The position numbers and the translations under genes are program-made. A stretch of DNA of 64,000 nt from Chiloscyllium plagiosum (taxonomy: Eukaryota), in NCBI RefSeq assembly GCF_004010195.1, contig NC_057719.1, positions 72,193,335-72,257,334 of the forward strand, in the 5' to 3' direction. Under the pieces are notes generated by a model that was not told where the DNA came from, made no database searches, and saw nothing but the letters and a program-made list of their open reading frames with translations. Positions 62,551 through 64,000 of this stretch are shown here, in pieces; within the stretch, counting starts at the first letter, position 1, and every line of letters begins with the position of its first letter.

Positions 62551-62881
62551 CAGTTCATCTGATAAGACTTCTTTAGAATTGTTCTGAAGAAGTAACAAAG
62601 GACTCGAAACATTAACTCTATTTTTTCTGTCTCCACTGATGGTGTCAGATCTGATGGGTCTGTCCAGCACTTTTTGTTTGTTTCTAAAAGGTTTGTTTCT
62701 CTTTGCTGTATTTTAAGTTGATTTATTGACCTTTGAACCAAGAACTCTCAGTTGCCTGTCTTTCAAGCATATGCATTTCTAGAAGATAGTTGTTAACATT
62801 AATGAAGTTCTTTGTGAGAATTCTATAATTTATATAAAAGCAGCAAATCTACTTTTTCTAATATAGCTGTTCCTTGTGCAG

Positions 62882-62970
62882 ATTCTGATTTATGACCGAT
62901 TTGGTCAGGACATCATTTCACCATTGTTGTCTGTGAAAGAATTGAGAGACATGGGCATCACTTTGCACTT
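62882..62970 (+). CDS. SCFD1: SCFD1 coding exon 3
   Basis: gtgcag|ATT ... TT|gtaaga, 89 nt; ILIYDRFGQDIISPLLSVKELRDMGITLH. Confidence 0.97.
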
Positions 62971-64000
62971 GTAAGATGAATTTAACCTTGAACTTCTAAA
63001 ATGTAACTAGATCATGATGGATAATAATAATGTAAAATGTAGAATAAATTCCTTCCTGTTTGGTAATGCTTTAAGTTGACTTCCATTGGAACAAATATCC
63101 TTGGTATTTTATTTTTTTAGCTAGCAGAATTAATAGCAATTTAGAAATAAACTTCTAAATATATTTATAGAATTCTACATGATTGATTGGAACTGGTTCT
63201 AATTTGAAATTGATGCACATCAATCAGAAAGTTGTTTTGAATTTTGTTAACTAGCTGCAATACAAATGACACCTTTGTTTCCCACCACAATCCTGTTCCC
63301 TGTCCAACATTTCTATCCCTGGCAACTACTGTAGAATGACCAGCTCTATATTTTGTTTGACCCATATTGTATTTGATCATATGAGCAAAATATTTGATCA
63401 TATTTTGCTATCCCAGGACTGTCTTTGGCTGCCTTCATGACATTGTTTGACTCTAGTCCTGCCTTAGCTGCTCTGTTAAAATTCTCATCCATGCCATTGT
63501 TATTTCTTGATTGTCTTATTGATGCCCTGAGAGGATTCCCACCTTCTACCCTACTTCTATACTTTTGGCCATCCAAACCTCTGCTGGCTTTGTCTTAAAT
63601 CAGTGCAGATCTCATTCATCCATCACTCCTCTGCTTGTTGACATTCAGTGGCTTGTTATCTGACAATACCTCAATGTTAAAATTGTTTAAGGCTTTTTTA
63701 AAAATCTATGCAAGCCTGTACAGACCCTTCCAGGATTATGATCTTTTGAAATATCTGAGCTCCTCCAACTTTTGCATTTGCGTATCTTTCATTTTAAAAA
63801 CTGCACTACTGGTAGCTGTGCTTTCACTTGCCCTGGTTAGAAGCTCTGAAATTCCCTCACTAACCTTCTCCAACTCTCTCTCTTAAAATGCTCCCTAAAG
63901 CCTACGTTTTTGATCAATCTATCAGCATTTGTCCTCCTTTGGTTTGATGTCAAAAATGTTTTTATTGATGTCACTCTTGACATTTTATTATGTTTAATGC

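Overview
Eukaryotic, repeat-rich vertebrate DNA, almost certainly an elasmobranch (shark), judged from HE1-type tRNA-SINEs with (TCTAA)n tails and HER1/CR1 LINEs. Two host genes lie on the + strand in the same order as human 14q12. The first is the 3' half of G2E3 (5 firm HECT-region exons plus 1 tentative exon, 13095-29843). The second is the 5' end of SCFD1/Sly1 (CpG-island promoter near 47 kb; coding exons 47099-47129, 61518-61588, 62882-62970). Between and within them are a full-length but decayed L1 nested in a Tc2-like MITE, several CR1 and CR1/L2 LINEs, Gypsy gag-protease relics, a solo LTR, a probable Harbinger relic and two processed pseudogenes (SAR1, RBPMS2). The most unusual signal is a dense population of short Penelope-like elements, about a dozen copies in about 4 sequence families. 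They carry minimal type-I hammerhead ribozyme motifs (CUGANGA-N-stemII-GAAA-palindromic stem III-NUH). Copies tend to start or fold back at the ribozyme, and they sit downstream of the G2E3 stop codon, in the SCFD1 proximal promoter and as a nested palindrome in SCFD1 intron 2. All calls come from reading the sequence by eye; no searches were run, and boundaries of decayed repeats are approximate.
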